From: an uncultured Burkholderiales bacterium
Lineage (GTDB): Bacteria; Pseudomonadota; Gammaproteobacteria; Burkholderiales; Burkholderiaceae_C
Assembly: GCA_903961095.1 (NCBI GenBank)
Contig: CAJCDH010000034.1
Coordinates: 1-61,525 of the forward strand
Direction of reading: 5' to 3'
Length of the DNA stretch: 61,525 nucleotides
The position numbers and the translations under genes are program-made. Below the pieces are notes generated by a model that searched no databases, was not told the origin of the DNA, and was given only the letters and a program-made list of their open reading frames with translations. Position 1 is the stretch's first letter. Each line of letters begins with the position of its first letter. Shown one piece after another: positions 1 to 10,109 of the stretch.

Positions 1-1
1 C

Positions 2-370
2 ATCACGTCCGTCGGCTGGCTAAGTATGCTATTGCTTGAAGGACTTTTACCTGCGGTCGTCCTTTTTGCATGGATGTTGCTCTGTTTCAGTTGGGGTGCA
101 ACTTTGTTGTTCGTCAATTTTTTGTCTTTGCGGCAGTCGTACACACCCACAGAGCTTTTGGGAAGAATGACAACCACCATGCGTTGGTTAATTACCTTGC
201 CAGCAGGCCCAGGTGCCATTCTGGGGGGGTGGATGGCGGAGCACATTAGCATGCGAAGTTCTTTGCTATGTGCTGGCTTAGGCACCTTGGCCGTTGCAGC
301 GATTGCCTTTGCCAGACCTCAACTGAAATCAATCAGGCAATTGCCAGAATTGAATCAAAGCAAGGTTTGA
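2..370 (+). CDS. MFS transporter, C-terminal part (truncated by window start)
   Basis: Frame is open from position 2. Several hydrophobic helices and 'SLRQSYTPTELLGR' resemble the C-terminal half of MFS permeases. Confidence 0.7.
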   Translation: MTSVGWLSMLLLEGLLPAVVLFAWMLLCFSWGATLLFVNFLSLRQSYTPTELLGRMTTTMRWLITLPAGPGAILGGWMAEHISMRSSLLCAGLGTLAVAAIAFARPQLKSIRQLPELNQSKV

Positions 371-396
371 ACCGATGGGCCGTGGTCGGTTTGGAA

Positions 397-2160
397 TCAA
401 ATGAATGATTCTTGAACTTTTGGAACTGCTGCCAACAAAGTTTGCGTGTAGGCATGTTGGGGTTGCAAGTAAATACGGGCAGCATCGCCCTGCTCCACCA
501 CTTGACCTTTGTTCATCACAAGCAAAGAGTCAGACATGTATCTAACCACTTCCAAATCGTGCGAGATGAACAAATAACTAAGTCCCAATTCTTTTTGAAG
601 ATCCTTCAACAAGTTGAGTACTTGGGCTTGAACAGATACATCCAAGGCAGAAACAGCCTCATCTAAGACCACCACCTCGGGCGACAAACTCAAAGACCGA
701 GCAATGGCAATTCGTTGACGCTGACCACCCGAAAATTCAAATGGATACCGCTTGAGTGCTGATGCTGGCATACCTACTTTGTCGAGCAAGGACAAGGATT
801 TTTTCTCCCAGTCTGCGCTGTTGAGACCAATGCCATGGAGCTGCATGGGTTCACTCAAAATTTCGCCCACCGTGAAGCGAGGATTTAAAGAAGCATAAGG
901 ATTCTGAAAAACAATCTGCAACCTGCGCTTGTAAGTTGCAAACTCAGTATTGGACATTTCAAGCAAGTTTTTGCCTTCGTAAAGCACCTTGCCGGCTGTC
1001 GCTTCGTGAAGCTTCAACAAACACAGACCCACTGTGGTTTTACCAGAACCAGACTCGCCCACCAGGCCTACCGTTTGACCTCGCATCAATTGAAAGCTGA
1101 CATTCTCTACGGCTACAAAGTCATCATTTTTAAACCAAGGCCCGGATCTTTTGAAAACCTTTCGCAAGCCCTGAACCTCCAACAAAGGTTTGTCGGTAAC
1201 TGCTGCATGGGCAACAGATGGGGCTAGCTCAACAGGAGCGGCAGATGCGGTGGCTTGAATGTTGGCGGTATTGGCAGACATCCAATCGTCAATGGTCAAA
1301 AGCCTTTTTCCTTGACGCTCAACACTTGGACGGCAACTCAAAAGTGCCTTGGTGTAGGGGTCTTGAGGTTGCGTAAAAAGAGTTTTAACGGGCCCAGCCT
1401 CACGAACTGTGCCCTTGCGCATGACCACCGCATGATCAGCCACTTCGCTGACCAAACCAAGGTCATGCGTAATGAACAACATGGCCATTCGGCGCCTCTC
1501 GCGTAACTCTGCAAGGAGCAACAAAATCTGCCTTTGCACAGTGACATCCAAAGCTGTTGTGGGTTCGTCTGCAATTAAAAGTTCGGGCTCACACGCTAGC
1601 GCCATGGCAATCATGACCCTTTGTTGTTGACCGCCAGACAACTCGTGTGGGTAAGCATTGACGCGTTTGTGGGGCTCTGGAATACCCACTTCTTCAAGGA
1701 GTTCACAGGCCCGCTGAGCTGCTTCTTTGCTGGCAATTTTTTTGTGAATTTTCAGCATCTCTGCCAGCTGAAAACCCACGGTATAAACAGGATTTAGCGA
1801 AGTCATGGGATCTTGGAAAATCATGGCAATGCGTGATCCCCGGATCAATTGCCACTCAGCTCTTGAAAGATTTAACAAAGAGCGGTTGTCATACTCGATC
1901 GAGGAATGAAGCGCTACTTTGGCATTTTGAGGAGGGAGTAAACCCATGATCGCCAAGGCACTGACAGATTTGCCGCTGCCAGACTCGCCGACCAAGGCCA
2001 CAGTTCTTTCACGGGGAATCACAAAAGATACTTCTTCAACAGCCCGAACGGGTGCTTTGGACGCGCTGATGAAATCGACAGTGAGGTTTTTAACTTCCAA
2101 CAAATTGTCAGAAATTTGAGCGATAGGTGGAGGTGGTCTGCGTGACGCCATTTGAAGCAT
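397..2160 (-). CDS. Peptide ABC transporter ATP-binding protein with two fused ATPase domains (DppD/F-like)
   Basis: Two Walker A motifs (GESGSGKS, GESGSGKT), two signatures ([16 protein letters not shown]), and Walker B motifs ADEPT and LDEAV. Confidence 0.95.
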   Translation of the reverse strand: MLQMASRRPPPPIAQISDNLLEVKNLTVDFISASKAPVRAVEEVSFVIPRERTVALVGESGSGKSVSALAIMGLLPPQNAKVALHSSIEYDNRSLLNLSRAEWQLIRGSRIAMIFQDPMTSLNPVYTVGFQLAEMLKIHKKIASKEAAQRACELLEEVGIPEPHKRVNAYPHELSGGQQQRVMIAMALACEPELLIADEPTTALDVTVQRQILLLLAELRERRRMAMLFITHDLGLVSEVADHAVVMRKGTVREAGPVKTLFTQPQDPYTKALLSCRPSVERQGKRLLTIDDWMSANTANIQATASAAPVELAPSVAHAAVTDKPLLEVQGLRKVFKRSGPWFKNDDFVAVENVSFQLMRGQTVGLVGESGSGKTTVGLCLLKLHEATAGKVLYEGKNLLEMSNTEFATYKRRLQIVFQNPYASLNPRFTVGEILSEPMQLHGIGLNSADWEKKSLSLLDKVGMPASALKRYPFEFSGGQRQRIAIARSLSLSPEVVVLDEAVSALDVSVQAQVLNLLKDLQKELGLSYLFISHDLEVVRYMSDSLLVMNKGQVVEQGDAARIYLQPQHAYTQTLLAAVPKVQESFI

Positions 2161-2174
2161 TCAATCTAAAAAGC

Positions 2175-3266
2175 TCAGTTGATGACTTTGGGATCTAAGG
2201 CATCCCGCAGTGAGTCTGTGAGCAAAGACAATCCGGTGACAAAAATAGACATTGCCAAAGTGGCTGATAGCAGTTGCCACCATTTACCCACGAGCAAATC
2301 ATTTTGTGCCTCGGTCAGCATCGTGCCCCATGACACGCCATCAACCGGCACACCAAATCCAAGGAAAGACAAAATGACCTCAGCCTTGATGCATGACACT
2401 GTGAGCAATGAAAACTGAACCAATATCACGTGGCTCACATTGGGCAAGATGTGGACAAACATGCGGCGGTTGTTGGAGGCGCCAATGGCGTCAGCAGCCC
2501 TCACGTAATCGCGGTTGCGGTGTTTAAGGTATTCACCCCTCATGAGGCGGTAAGTGCCTGTCCAGCCAGTGGTTCCCAAAATAAGCACAACAGCCAAGGT
2601 GCCCTTGGTGTTCAAGACTGCCGCTATGGCCAGAATAAGCAAAATGCCTGGAATTGAGTGAAAGACGTTGTAAAGCCAATTGCTCAAATCATCGACAACA
2701 CCGCCGTACCAGCCCGAAACCGCACCCAAGACGGAGCCTATCAGTGTGGCCATCAGCGCAGCTGCCAAACCGACCAAAATACTGGTCTCTGCGCCTTTGA
2801 TGGTTTTAGCCAATACATCCCTGCCCCATTTGTCAGATCCCATAGGCAGGCTCGTTGCAAGTGCATTCAGCTTTTCGCCAGCAGGTTTGACAGCTTTTTG
2901 AGCCAATTCCCATTGAGGTGCAATTGGATCTACAACATCAGTGGGTGTGGGCTCATAAAGAACGACCTCAGGCATGGCTGTGCTGGCATCATCACCTTTG
3001 AAACCACTCATGGCCCACGAAGGTGGTGCGTGGCTGATAGCCACTTCTTTCTCCCAATCAGAAGCCAAGGAGCCTAGCAAGGTGCTTAAGACAACAAGCA
3101 GGCTGAATATGACTGTCATGCCACTCCAGACGCCCACGCGGTCAGATTTAAAGCGACGCCACGCTAGCGCCCAAGCACCTTCACTCACATTGTTCAAGGC
3201 ACTGGATGGGATGGCAGCGGTTGAAGTGGCGGCCACCGAATTGTCAATATTTGAATGACTTTGCAT
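2175..3266 (-). CDS. Peptide ABC transporter permease (OppC/DppC-like)
   Basis: AWRRFK N-terminal motif, GSDKWGRDV, EAA-type loop 'YVRAADAIGAS', and C-terminal DSLRDALDP. Confidence 0.93.
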   Translation of the reverse strand: MQSHSNIDNSVAATSTAAIPSSALNNVSEGAWALAWRRFKSDRVGVWSGMTVIFSLLVVLSTLLGSLASDWEKEVAISHAPPSWAMSGFKGDDASTAMPEVVLYEPTPTDVVDPIAPQWELAQKAVKPAGEKLNALATSLPMGSDKWGRDVLAKTIKGAETSILVGLAAALMATLIGSVLGAVSGWYGGVVDDLSNWLYNVFHSIPGILLILAIAAVLNTKGTLAVVLILGTTGWTGTYRLMRGEYLKHRNRDYVRAADAIGASNNRRMFVHILPNVSHVILVQFSLLTVSCIKAEVILSFLGFGVPVDGVSWGTMLTEAQNDLLVGKWWQLLSATLAMSIFVTGLSLLTDSLRDALDPKVIN

Positions 3267-3281
3267 ATTCTTAAACGGTTC

Positions 3282-4220
3282 TTAGCGCAATTGAACGCGA
3301 GGATCGGTGATTCGATAAAGCACATCACCAATCAAATTGAAAATCATGGTGGCAATGGCAACATAGACGGTGACCGCCTTGATGACCGGAAAATCGCTTC
3401 GCTCTACGGCCAAAATAATTTCGCGGCCAACACCCGGAATACCAAAGAATCTTTCCAACAAGAATGCACCCAACAAAAGGCCTGGCAGATTGGAGATGAC
3501 AAATGTGATGACTGGAATGAGCGCGTTGCGCAACACATGCACAAACATCACACGGGGTTCAGAAAGCCCTTTGGCCCTGGCTGTTCGGACATAGTCCTGC
3601 TCAACTTCATCCAGCACAAAACTTCTAAACAAGCGCGTGTTTGGCGCAATGCTGACCAACAGGCCCAACAAGATGGGTAAGGGTGCATAGGTACTGATAT
3701 TTTTCCAATAATCTTCGCTCCACCCTTGTACTGGAAACCAACCCAAGCGGTATGCCAAAACGTATTGACCCAAGATGATGAAGACCAAAATACTGACAGA
3801 CATGAGGGCCGTAAATACAACCATGGTGCCTCGATCGATAGAGGAACCTCTGACCCAGGCAAGGCCCACTGCCAGAACCAAAGCAACCAGTGTTTCAATG
3901 ATAAGCAAGGGTGCCATCAAAGTAAGTGATGCAGGTAAGCGCGTGGCAAAAATGTCTGCTACCGACTCACCGGTTGTCCAACTGTTGCCAAAATCAAAGG
4001 TGGCCACCTGCTTGACAAAAATCCACAGCTGAACTGCCAGCGGTTGATCCAATCCCAGTTCTGCCCGAATGCTGTCAATCTGCTCTTGATTTGAAAACAA
4101 GCCTGCCAACACATAGGCGGGGTCACCACCGATCCAATTGAATAGAAAAAACACCAGCAAGATAACCCCAGCCAGGGTTGGAATCATTTGCCATATGCGG
4201 CGAAGAATATAGGCACTCAT
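3282..4220 (-). CDS. Peptide ABC transporter permease (OppB/DppB-like)
   Basis: YILRR start, 'GLDQPL', 'DYVRTARAKGL', 'HVLRNALIP', and DPRV end. Confidence 0.95.
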   Translation of the reverse strand: MSAYILRRIWQMIPTLAGVILLVFFLFNWIGGDPAYVLAGLFSNQEQIDSIRAELGLDQPLAVQLWIFVKQVATFDFGNSWTTGESVADIFATRLPASLTLMAPLLIIETLVALVLAVGLAWVRGSSIDRGTMVVFTALMSVSILVFIILGQYVLAYRLGWFPVQGWSEDYWKNISTYAPLPILLGLLVSIAPNTRLFRSFVLDEVEQDYVRTARAKGLSEPRVMFVHVLRNALIPVITFVISNLPGLLLGAFLLERFFGIPGVGREIILAVERSDFPVIKAVTVYVAIATMIFNLIGDVLYRITDPRVQLR

Positions 4221-4233
4221 ACTTCAATGCCCC

Positions 4234-6081
4234 TTATGGTTTTTGAATGTCATAGTAAATCCAGTCACCCAAAATGAGAGGGTGCTTGCGAAAACCTTCT
4301 AATCGCTGATGACTCAGGCGTGTGGCAATTCCTGTCGAACTTAAGCCCAATACGCCATTGACTTCCATCAAGCGGTACATGTTGTGCAAAACGCGAGTAC
4401 GCTCAGGGCCGTCTGGCAGTCGCTTGAGTTGATCGAAGTAGGCATCGTATTCGGCACTTTCAAAACAAGCGTAATTGTTTTGACCAATTGTTTTGGAGTA
4501 CAACAACTTCATGACAAATTCGGCTTCAGAAGAACGCGTCCATCCCAAAGCCCAAGAAGGAATGGCGCACTGCTTACCCTGTTTGAGCATTTCAGGAAAT
4601 TTGTCTTTTTTAACTTTAAGCCGAATTCCCAAACGGTCCATCGATTTTTTCCAAAGCTCATCCCTTTCGCGGTCGACAGAAGATGTTGAGGAATAAATGG
4701 TGAAGACAAGCGGTTTTCCGTCGGGCATGCTGCGATAGCCCTTTGCATCTTTCTTATAACCAAACTGATCAAGCAAGGCATTGGCAGAAAGCGGGCTGAA
4801 TTTGACAATGCTTTTGTAGTTGGGGTCATGGCCTGCCACAACTGGCGATACCATCTGTTGCGCTTTAACCGCTTGACCCTTTCGAATCACTCGTATTTCT
4901 TCATCGACATCAAAGCCCATGATGATGGCCCGCCTGAGTGCAATTTTTTCAGGGGTATAGCCGCCAATGACAGGGTCCTTCATGTTGAAAAATTGGTATC
5001 GAATATCTGGTTCAACACTTCTGTACATGTTGACACCTTGAGCAACCCATGTTTGAAGCAAGTCGTTGGTGGGGGTCAGCGCCTTTTCAATGAACGAAGG
5101 TGGCACGGCCACCGCGTCAATTTCTTTGCCACTGAATGCCAGCCACATTGATTGAGGCTCCTCAATGATGCTCACTTCAACTCGCCCAATTTGAGGCATT
5201 TTTCTGCCTTGCATTTGGTTGGCGATTCGAATTTCAACTGGGTTGCTGCTTGGGGCTTGGAAGTCCCATGTAAATCCAGGAAATTCTGGGTTGGCTTTGA
5301 GAATAATTTTGGACCCTCGAACCCACTTCTCGAGCATGTAAGGCCCGGTGCCCACAGGGTTGGACATAATGCCTTCAAAGCCATATTTCTCAACGACTTC
5401 ACGAGCCATGCCACCCGAAAAAGGATTGGTCAGCAATGTCAAAAAATTGCGATCGGGTTGAATCAACTGAATGACAAGGGTGTAACGATCAAGGGTATAG
5501 ATGCCTGGGTGCTTTTGGTCATAGTCAAAACGACCAGAGGCTATTGCCTTTTTACGAGCATCAGCAAAACCAAAAATCTTGTCATCAAAATCTGAAACTT
5601 GGGGGCTGCGATTTTTGGGGTCGGCATGACGCAACAAGGTATACACAAAATCTTGTGCTGTGAGCTCTCGTCTTTGTCCCTTAAAGGCATCGTCGGACGT
5701 GAAATACAAACCTTTTTTCACTTTGAATGTGAAAGTTGTTTGGTCAGCCGAAACCACTGGCATCGATTCTGCGGCATTCGGTACGATCCGAGTGGGCATG
5801 GCCATCCAGTCGTAGGTGAGGAGCGGCTGAAAAATGACCGCAGTGATGGTGTTGGAATACAGGTCGTTAACACGAACAGGATCAAACCCTGTTTCTGGCA
5901 CCGGAAAAGCGACCTTCAATACCTTGTCTGGGTCTGCCGGATTGGCCTTGGGGTTTGGACTGGCCATGGCCAAGGTGACCGACAAGCCCAAAACCAAACA
6001 AGCAAGTTTTGCCAACATCTGCATGGCTGATGAGCTAGGCCTTATTTTTGAACCAACAACAAAATGCACATTCATCCTCAA
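4234..6081 (-). CDS. ABC transporter substrate-binding protein, family 5 (oligopeptide); true start may be downstream (e.g. ATG 6024)
   Basis: Signal-like hydrophobic stretch, 'GFDP' and 'PVGTGPY' family-5 motifs, and first position in the permease/ATPase operon. Confidence 0.9.
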   Translation of the reverse strand: MRMNVHFVVGSKIRPSSSAMQMLAKLACLVLGLSVTLAMASPNPKANPADPDKVLKVAFPVPETGFDPVRVNDLYSNTITAVIFQPLLTYDWMAMPTRIVPNAAESMPVVSADQTTFTFKVKKGLYFTSDDAFKGQRRELTAQDFVYTLLRHADPKNRSPQVSDFDDKIFGFADARKKAIASGRFDYDQKHPGIYTLDRYTLVIQLIQPDRNFLTLLTNPFSGGMAREVVEKYGFEGIMSNPVGTGPYMLEKWVRGSKIILKANPEFPGFTWDFQAPSSNPVEIRIANQMQGRKMPQIGRVEVSIIEEPQSMWLAFSGKEIDAVAVPPSFIEKALTPTNDLLQTWVAQGVNMYRSVEPDIRYQFFNMKDPVIGGYTPEKIALRRAIIMGFDVDEEIRVIRKGQAVKAQQMVSPVVAGHDPNYKSIVKFSPLSANALLDQFGYKKDAKGYRSMPDGKPLVFTIYSSTSSVDRERDELWKKSMDRLGIRLKVKKDKFPEMLKQGKQCAIPSWALGWTRSSEAEFVMKLLYSKTIGQNNYACFESAEYDAYFDQLKRLPDGPERTRVLHNMYRLMEVNGVLGLSSTGIATRLSHQRLEGFRKHPLILGDWIYYDIQKP

Positions 6082-6249
6082 TCGTTAGTGATACAAATTA
6101 CACTTCTGTTCCAAGCTTGGAGAATAATCTAACTTCATCCAAATTCTTTGCAAATCGACACCTTGAAGGGTTATTACTAGCATGAAGGCCATAGCCTCAG
6201 GTAAACCCTTAAAGTGAAAACATCAACATCCTATCCATCTTCTATACCG

Positions 6250-8283
6250 ATGACAAATCCATTGCTCCAAACATGGTTGACACCCTTTGAGATGCCTCCC
6301 TTTGAAGAGATTCAAGCCAATCACTTTCCTGAAGCCTTTAAACTGGCTCTGGCTAAGCACCAATCTGAAATTCAAGACATCGCCCAGCAAATTGCTGCGC
6401 CTAGCTTTGAAAACACATTGCTTGCACTTGAGGCCAGTGGCGCATTGCTCAATCAAACTGCTGCTATCTTCTTTAACCTCAGCGCATCTCACACATCACC
6501 TGACATACAAAGCATAGAGCGCGACATTGCGCCAAAGCTGGCCGCACACAATGCGGCCATGTTTTTGAATGAAGCACTTTTTGAACGCATTGAAAACTTG
6601 CATCAAAAGCGAGAAGACCTGGGCTTAGACAAGGTGGGGGTTCGTCTCATTGAAAGATACCACTTGGACTTTGTCCGTGCAGGCGCCAAACTCAAGGACA
6701 AAGATCGTCAAACATTTGCAGACTATTCCGAAAAACTGGCCAGTTGCTTTACCCAGTTTTCACAAAATGTTTTGGCCGATGAAGCTTTATTTTGTTTAAC
6801 CCTCACAGAAGAAGATCAACTCGCAGGTCTCCCTGCATTTGTGAGGAGTGCCGCAAAGCAACTGGCCAAAGATCGTGGTTTGACTCAAGCCAACGCGCAT
6901 GCCTTCACGCTATCTAGGTCGTCCATCACGCCCTTCATGACCTTTTCAGATCGACGTGACTTGCGCGAAACCATGTGGACTGCATGGTGCAAGCGCGGCG
7001 AAAACTCTGGCGCTCACAACAACGAAGCCGTGATGCATGAAATATTAAGCATCCGGTTGGCGCAAGCCCGCCTCTTGGGATACCAAAATTTCTCAGACTA
7101 TGCATTGGCTGACACCATGGCAGGTAGCGCCGCAAAAGCAAGAGATTTGCTCATGCGAGTTTGGACCCCAGCCAGATTGAAAGCCATCGCTGAAGGGCAC
7201 GACCTGAAAAAACTATCAGGGCTACCAGACCTGGCCGCTTGGGACTGGCACTACTGGACAGAACGTGTTCGAAAAGAACAATTTGACTTGAATGAAGCAG
7301 AAATTAAGCCGTATTTGCAACTTCACAAACTCATGGAAGCCATGTTCACAGTGGCAAGCCGTTTGTTTGGTGTTCAATTCAAGCAAGTTAGCAACATCTC
7401 CAAATACCACGATTCAGTCACTGGCTGGGAAGTGACTGATGCCCAAGGCAAGCATGTCGGTCTATTTTTAAGTGATAACTTTGCTCGGAGCAGCAAAAGA
7501 TCTGGTGCTTGGATGAGTACCTACCGTGATCCAATGAACTTGACCCAAGAAGTCCGTCCCATTGTTGTGAATAACAATAACTTTTCGCAAGCAGAAGAAG
7601 GCAAGCCAACCCTTCTGAGCATCGACGATGCGCGAACCTTGTTCCATGAATTTGGCCATGGTTTGCACGGTTTGTTGTCCACAGTGAAATACCCTCGCCT
7701 TTCTGGGACAAGTGTTCTTCGTGACTTTGTAGAGTTCCCTTCGCAAGTTTATGAAAACTGGTTAATGCAACCCCAAATTTTGAAGGAATTTGCCTTGCAT
7801 GCAGAAACGGGGCAACCTATGCCCGATGAACTGATTGAAAAAATTCTTGCAGCACAAACCTTCAATCAAGGGTTCACAACAGTTGAATATGTGTCTTGCG
7901 CTTTGGTCGACTTGGCTTTGCATGAAAACACAGATTTAGACAAATTAGATTTTCAGAAGTTTGAAGCTCAAACGCTTCAAGCTCTTCAAATGCCAGCAGC
8001 GATTGGCTTGCGCCACCGCTTGCCTCATTTTTCGCACTTGTTTTCATCCAACAGTTACGCCTCAGCTTACTATGTTTACATGTGGGCCGAGGTGTTGGAT
8101 GCAGATGGCTTTGATGCCTTCTTAGAAGCTGGCGATTTGTTTGCTGCTGAACCAGCCAAGAAACTTTACGAGCACATCTATTCGGCAGGCAATTCTCAAG
8201 AACCTATGGCTTCCTACATCGCTTTTAGAGGCAGAGAGCCCACCGTCACACCCTTGCTCACAAAACGAGGACTCAACGCCTAA
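6250..8283 (+). CDS. dcp: M3 family metallopeptidase (peptidyl-dipeptidase Dcp-like)
   Basis: MTNPLL start, HEFGH zinc motif, 'KRSGAWM', 'DFVEFPSQ' and 'YYVYMWAEVLDAD'. Confidence 0.88.
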   Translation: MTNPLLQTWLTPFEMPPFEEIQANHFPEAFKLALAKHQSEIQDIAQQIAAPSFENTLLALEASGALLNQTAAIFFNLSASHTSPDIQSIERDIAPKLAAHNAAMFLNEALFERIENLHQKREDLGLDKVGVRLIERYHLDFVRAGAKLKDKDRQTFADYSEKLASCFTQFSQNVLADEALFCLTLTEEDQLAGLPAFVRSAAKQLAKDRGLTQANAHAFTLSRSSITPFMTFSDRRDLRETMWTAWCKRGENSGAHNNEAVMHEILSIRLAQARLLGYQNFSDYALADTMAGSAAKARDLLMRVWTPARLKAIAEGHDLKKLSGLPDLAAWDWHYWTERVRKEQFDLNEAEIKPYLQLHKLMEAMFTVASRLFGVQFKQVSNISKYHDSVTGWEVTDAQGKHVGLFLSDNFARSSKRSGAWMSTYRDPMNLTQEVRPIVVNNNNFSQAEEGKPTLLSIDDARTLFHEFGHGLHGLLSTVKYPRLSGTSVLRDFVEFPSQVYENWLMQPQILKEFALHAETGQPMPDELIEKILAAQTFNQGFTTVEYVSCALVDLALHENTDLDKLDFQKFEAQTLQALQMPAAIGLRHRLPHFSHLFSSNSYASAYYVYMWAEVLDADGFDAFLEAGDLFAAEPAKKLYEHIYSAGNSQEPMASYIAFRGREPTVTPLLTKRGLNA

Positions 8284-8304
8284 TCGCTTTTGTCGATCCA
8301 AACA

Positions 8305-8328
8305 AAAACCCCGCCGAAGCGGGGTTTT
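8305..8328. terminator. Bidirectional rho-independent terminator between convergent dcp and livK-like genes
   Basis: AAAACCCCGC-CGAA-GCGGGGTTTT, flanked by A and T tracts. The loop is a UUCG tetraloop on the minus strand. Confidence 0.9.
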
Positions 8329-8348
8329 GAGTTTGTGCAATCGAGTGA

Positions 8349-9515
8349 TTAACGGACCACAGCGATTTGCTCGCGCTTACCGCCTTTGTAAGTGAACAAA
8401 GTCAGAGCGCCGTTTTTGATGTCGCCTTTTTCGTCAAAAGCAATATTGCCTGTCACACCTTTGTAGTTGATGGACTTCAAAGCTGGCAAGTACTTGGCTG
8501 GATCTGATGAACCTGCCGTCACCATGGCTTGTGCCATCACTTTGACAGCGTCATAGACATAGGGTGCGTAAACTTGAACTTCAGCGTTGTACTTGGTTTT
8601 AAAGTCTGCACGGAATTTTTCCATGCCTGCTTTTTGCTCACCCTCAACACCGCCCGCTTCAGCGCAGTAAACGTTGTCGTCAGACATGCCTTCGGCGGCC
8701 AACTTGGCCAACTCTGCAGTACAAATACCATCTCCACCCATGAATTTGGCGGTGATGCCAAGTTGTTTCATTTGCTTGAGCATAGGGCCAGCAATGGCAT
8801 CCATACCGCCGAAGAAAACGATATCGGGCTTCTTGCCCTTGAGTGTTGTCAAGATGGCTTTGAAGTCAGAGGCTTTGTCTGTTGTGAACTCGTGCGCAAC
8901 CAAATTGCCACCAGCAGCTTTAACAGCCTTTTCAAACTCTTCTGCTACACCTTGGCCATAAGCTGTACGGTCATCGATGACTGCAATGCTTTTGCCCTTG
9001 AGAGTTTCAACAGCATATTTGCCCAAAGTGCCACCTAAGTGCACATCGTCAGCCACAACGCGGAAGGCACCAGCATAACCTTGACGGGTGTACTTGGGAT
9101 TGGTTGCAGAGGGAGAAATTTGGGGGATGCCAGCTGCGTTGTACAACTGAGAAGCTGGAATGGTGGTGCCGGAATTCAAGTGACCGATCACGCCCTGAAC
9201 TTTGGCATCAACCAATTTTTGAGCAGCGGCAGTGCCTTGCTTAGGATCGGCAGCATCGTCTTCAGCCAACAATTCGAATTTGACGGGTTTGTCGCCAATT
9301 TTGATGCCAGCAGCGTTCAATTCTTCAATGGCCATTTTTGCGCCATTTTCGTTGTCCTTACCCAAGTGGGCAATGGCACCGCTGGTGGGACCAACGTGAC
9401 CAATTTTGATCACTTGGGGGCCACCGCCATCTTTTTTACCACAGGCAACCATTGTCAAAACAACTGCGGCCACTGCAACCGCTGTGAGAGGGGTCTTAAG
9501 AGAAGACAATTTCAT
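8349..9515 (-). CDS. Branched-chain amino acid ABC transporter substrate-binding lipoprotein (LivK/LivJ family)
   Basis: Lipobox MVAC, 'EDDAADPKQG', 'GHLNSGTTIPAS' and 'DDRTAYGQG'. Start set at ATG 9515. Confidence 0.93.
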   Translation of the reverse strand: MKLSSLKTPLTAVAVAAVVLTMVACGKKDGGGPQVIKIGHVGPTSGAIAHLGKDNENGAKMAIEELNAAGIKIGDKPVKFELLAEDDAADPKQGTAAAQKLVDAKVQGVIGHLNSGTTIPASQLYNAAGIPQISPSATNPKYTRQGYAGAFRVVADDVHLGGTLGKYAVETLKGKSIAVIDDRTAYGQGVAEEFEKAVKAAGGNLVAHEFTTDKASDFKAILTTLKGKKPDIVFFGGMDAIAGPMLKQMKQLGITAKFMGGDGICTAELAKLAAEGMSDDNVYCAEAGGVEGEQKAGMEKFRADFKTKYNAEVQVYAPYVYDAVKVMAQAMVTAGSSDPAKYLPALKSINYKGVTGNIAFDEKGDIKNGALTLFTYKGGKREQIAVVR

Positions 9516-9636
9516 GAAGAGCTCCGAAATAATGGGGTTTTGCTTCAATCAAGCAAGCCGTAACGATAACGCAAATTTGAATCACATTAAAGAGGCATGG
9601 GCCGCACTGGCGCAAAAAAAATGAGAAAAATACCGA

Positions 9637-10080
9637 TTAGTTTGGAGTTGGAACGGCCAAATCGAATCGGTTGATTTGAAAACCAAGTTGTGAATACTGT
9701 TTCCAGCGTTGCCTGGCGCTCGATTTGTCACGCTCCTCAGGACCTACCACTTCAATCAATCGGCTCACCCCATCAAGGTTTTCAGGTGCCAAATCGTTCA
9801 TATTGAGGAAAAAATCCAATTGCGGAAGCTGGGACAAAAGGGCCCAGTTGGAGGAAAAAATGACACTTGAATGTTCAAGCAAATGGGCCGGGTCGGTTAG
9901 GGCGCAATGCGAGACAAAATCCGATGCATTCAGGTTCCACAAGGCTTGGTTAAGCAAGTCAGACGTGTCTTGATCGGCCAACACGCCCACTTTTTTACCT
10001 TGTCCGCAGGCCTTGCGCAACAAGCGACAAACATAAGGCAACTTCTCCGGCGCATTGAAATGAAAATCAACTTGCGTCAT
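9637..10080 (-). CDS. holC: DNA polymerase III subunit chi
   Basis: 'VDFHFN..CRLLRKA', 'LW...FVSH' and 'ARQRWKQY'; located downstream of pepA. Confidence 0.9.
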   Translation of the reverse strand: MTQVDFHFNAPEKLPYVCRLLRKACGQGKKVGVLADQDTSDLLNQALWNLNASDFVSHCALTDPAHLLEHSSVIFSSNWALLSQLPQLDFFLNMNDLAPENLDGVSRLIEVVGPEERDKSSARQRWKQYSQLGFQINRFDLAVPTPN

Positions 10081-10109
10081 TGTGAGCCGTGCGAAGCGGA
10101 GGGATCCAA

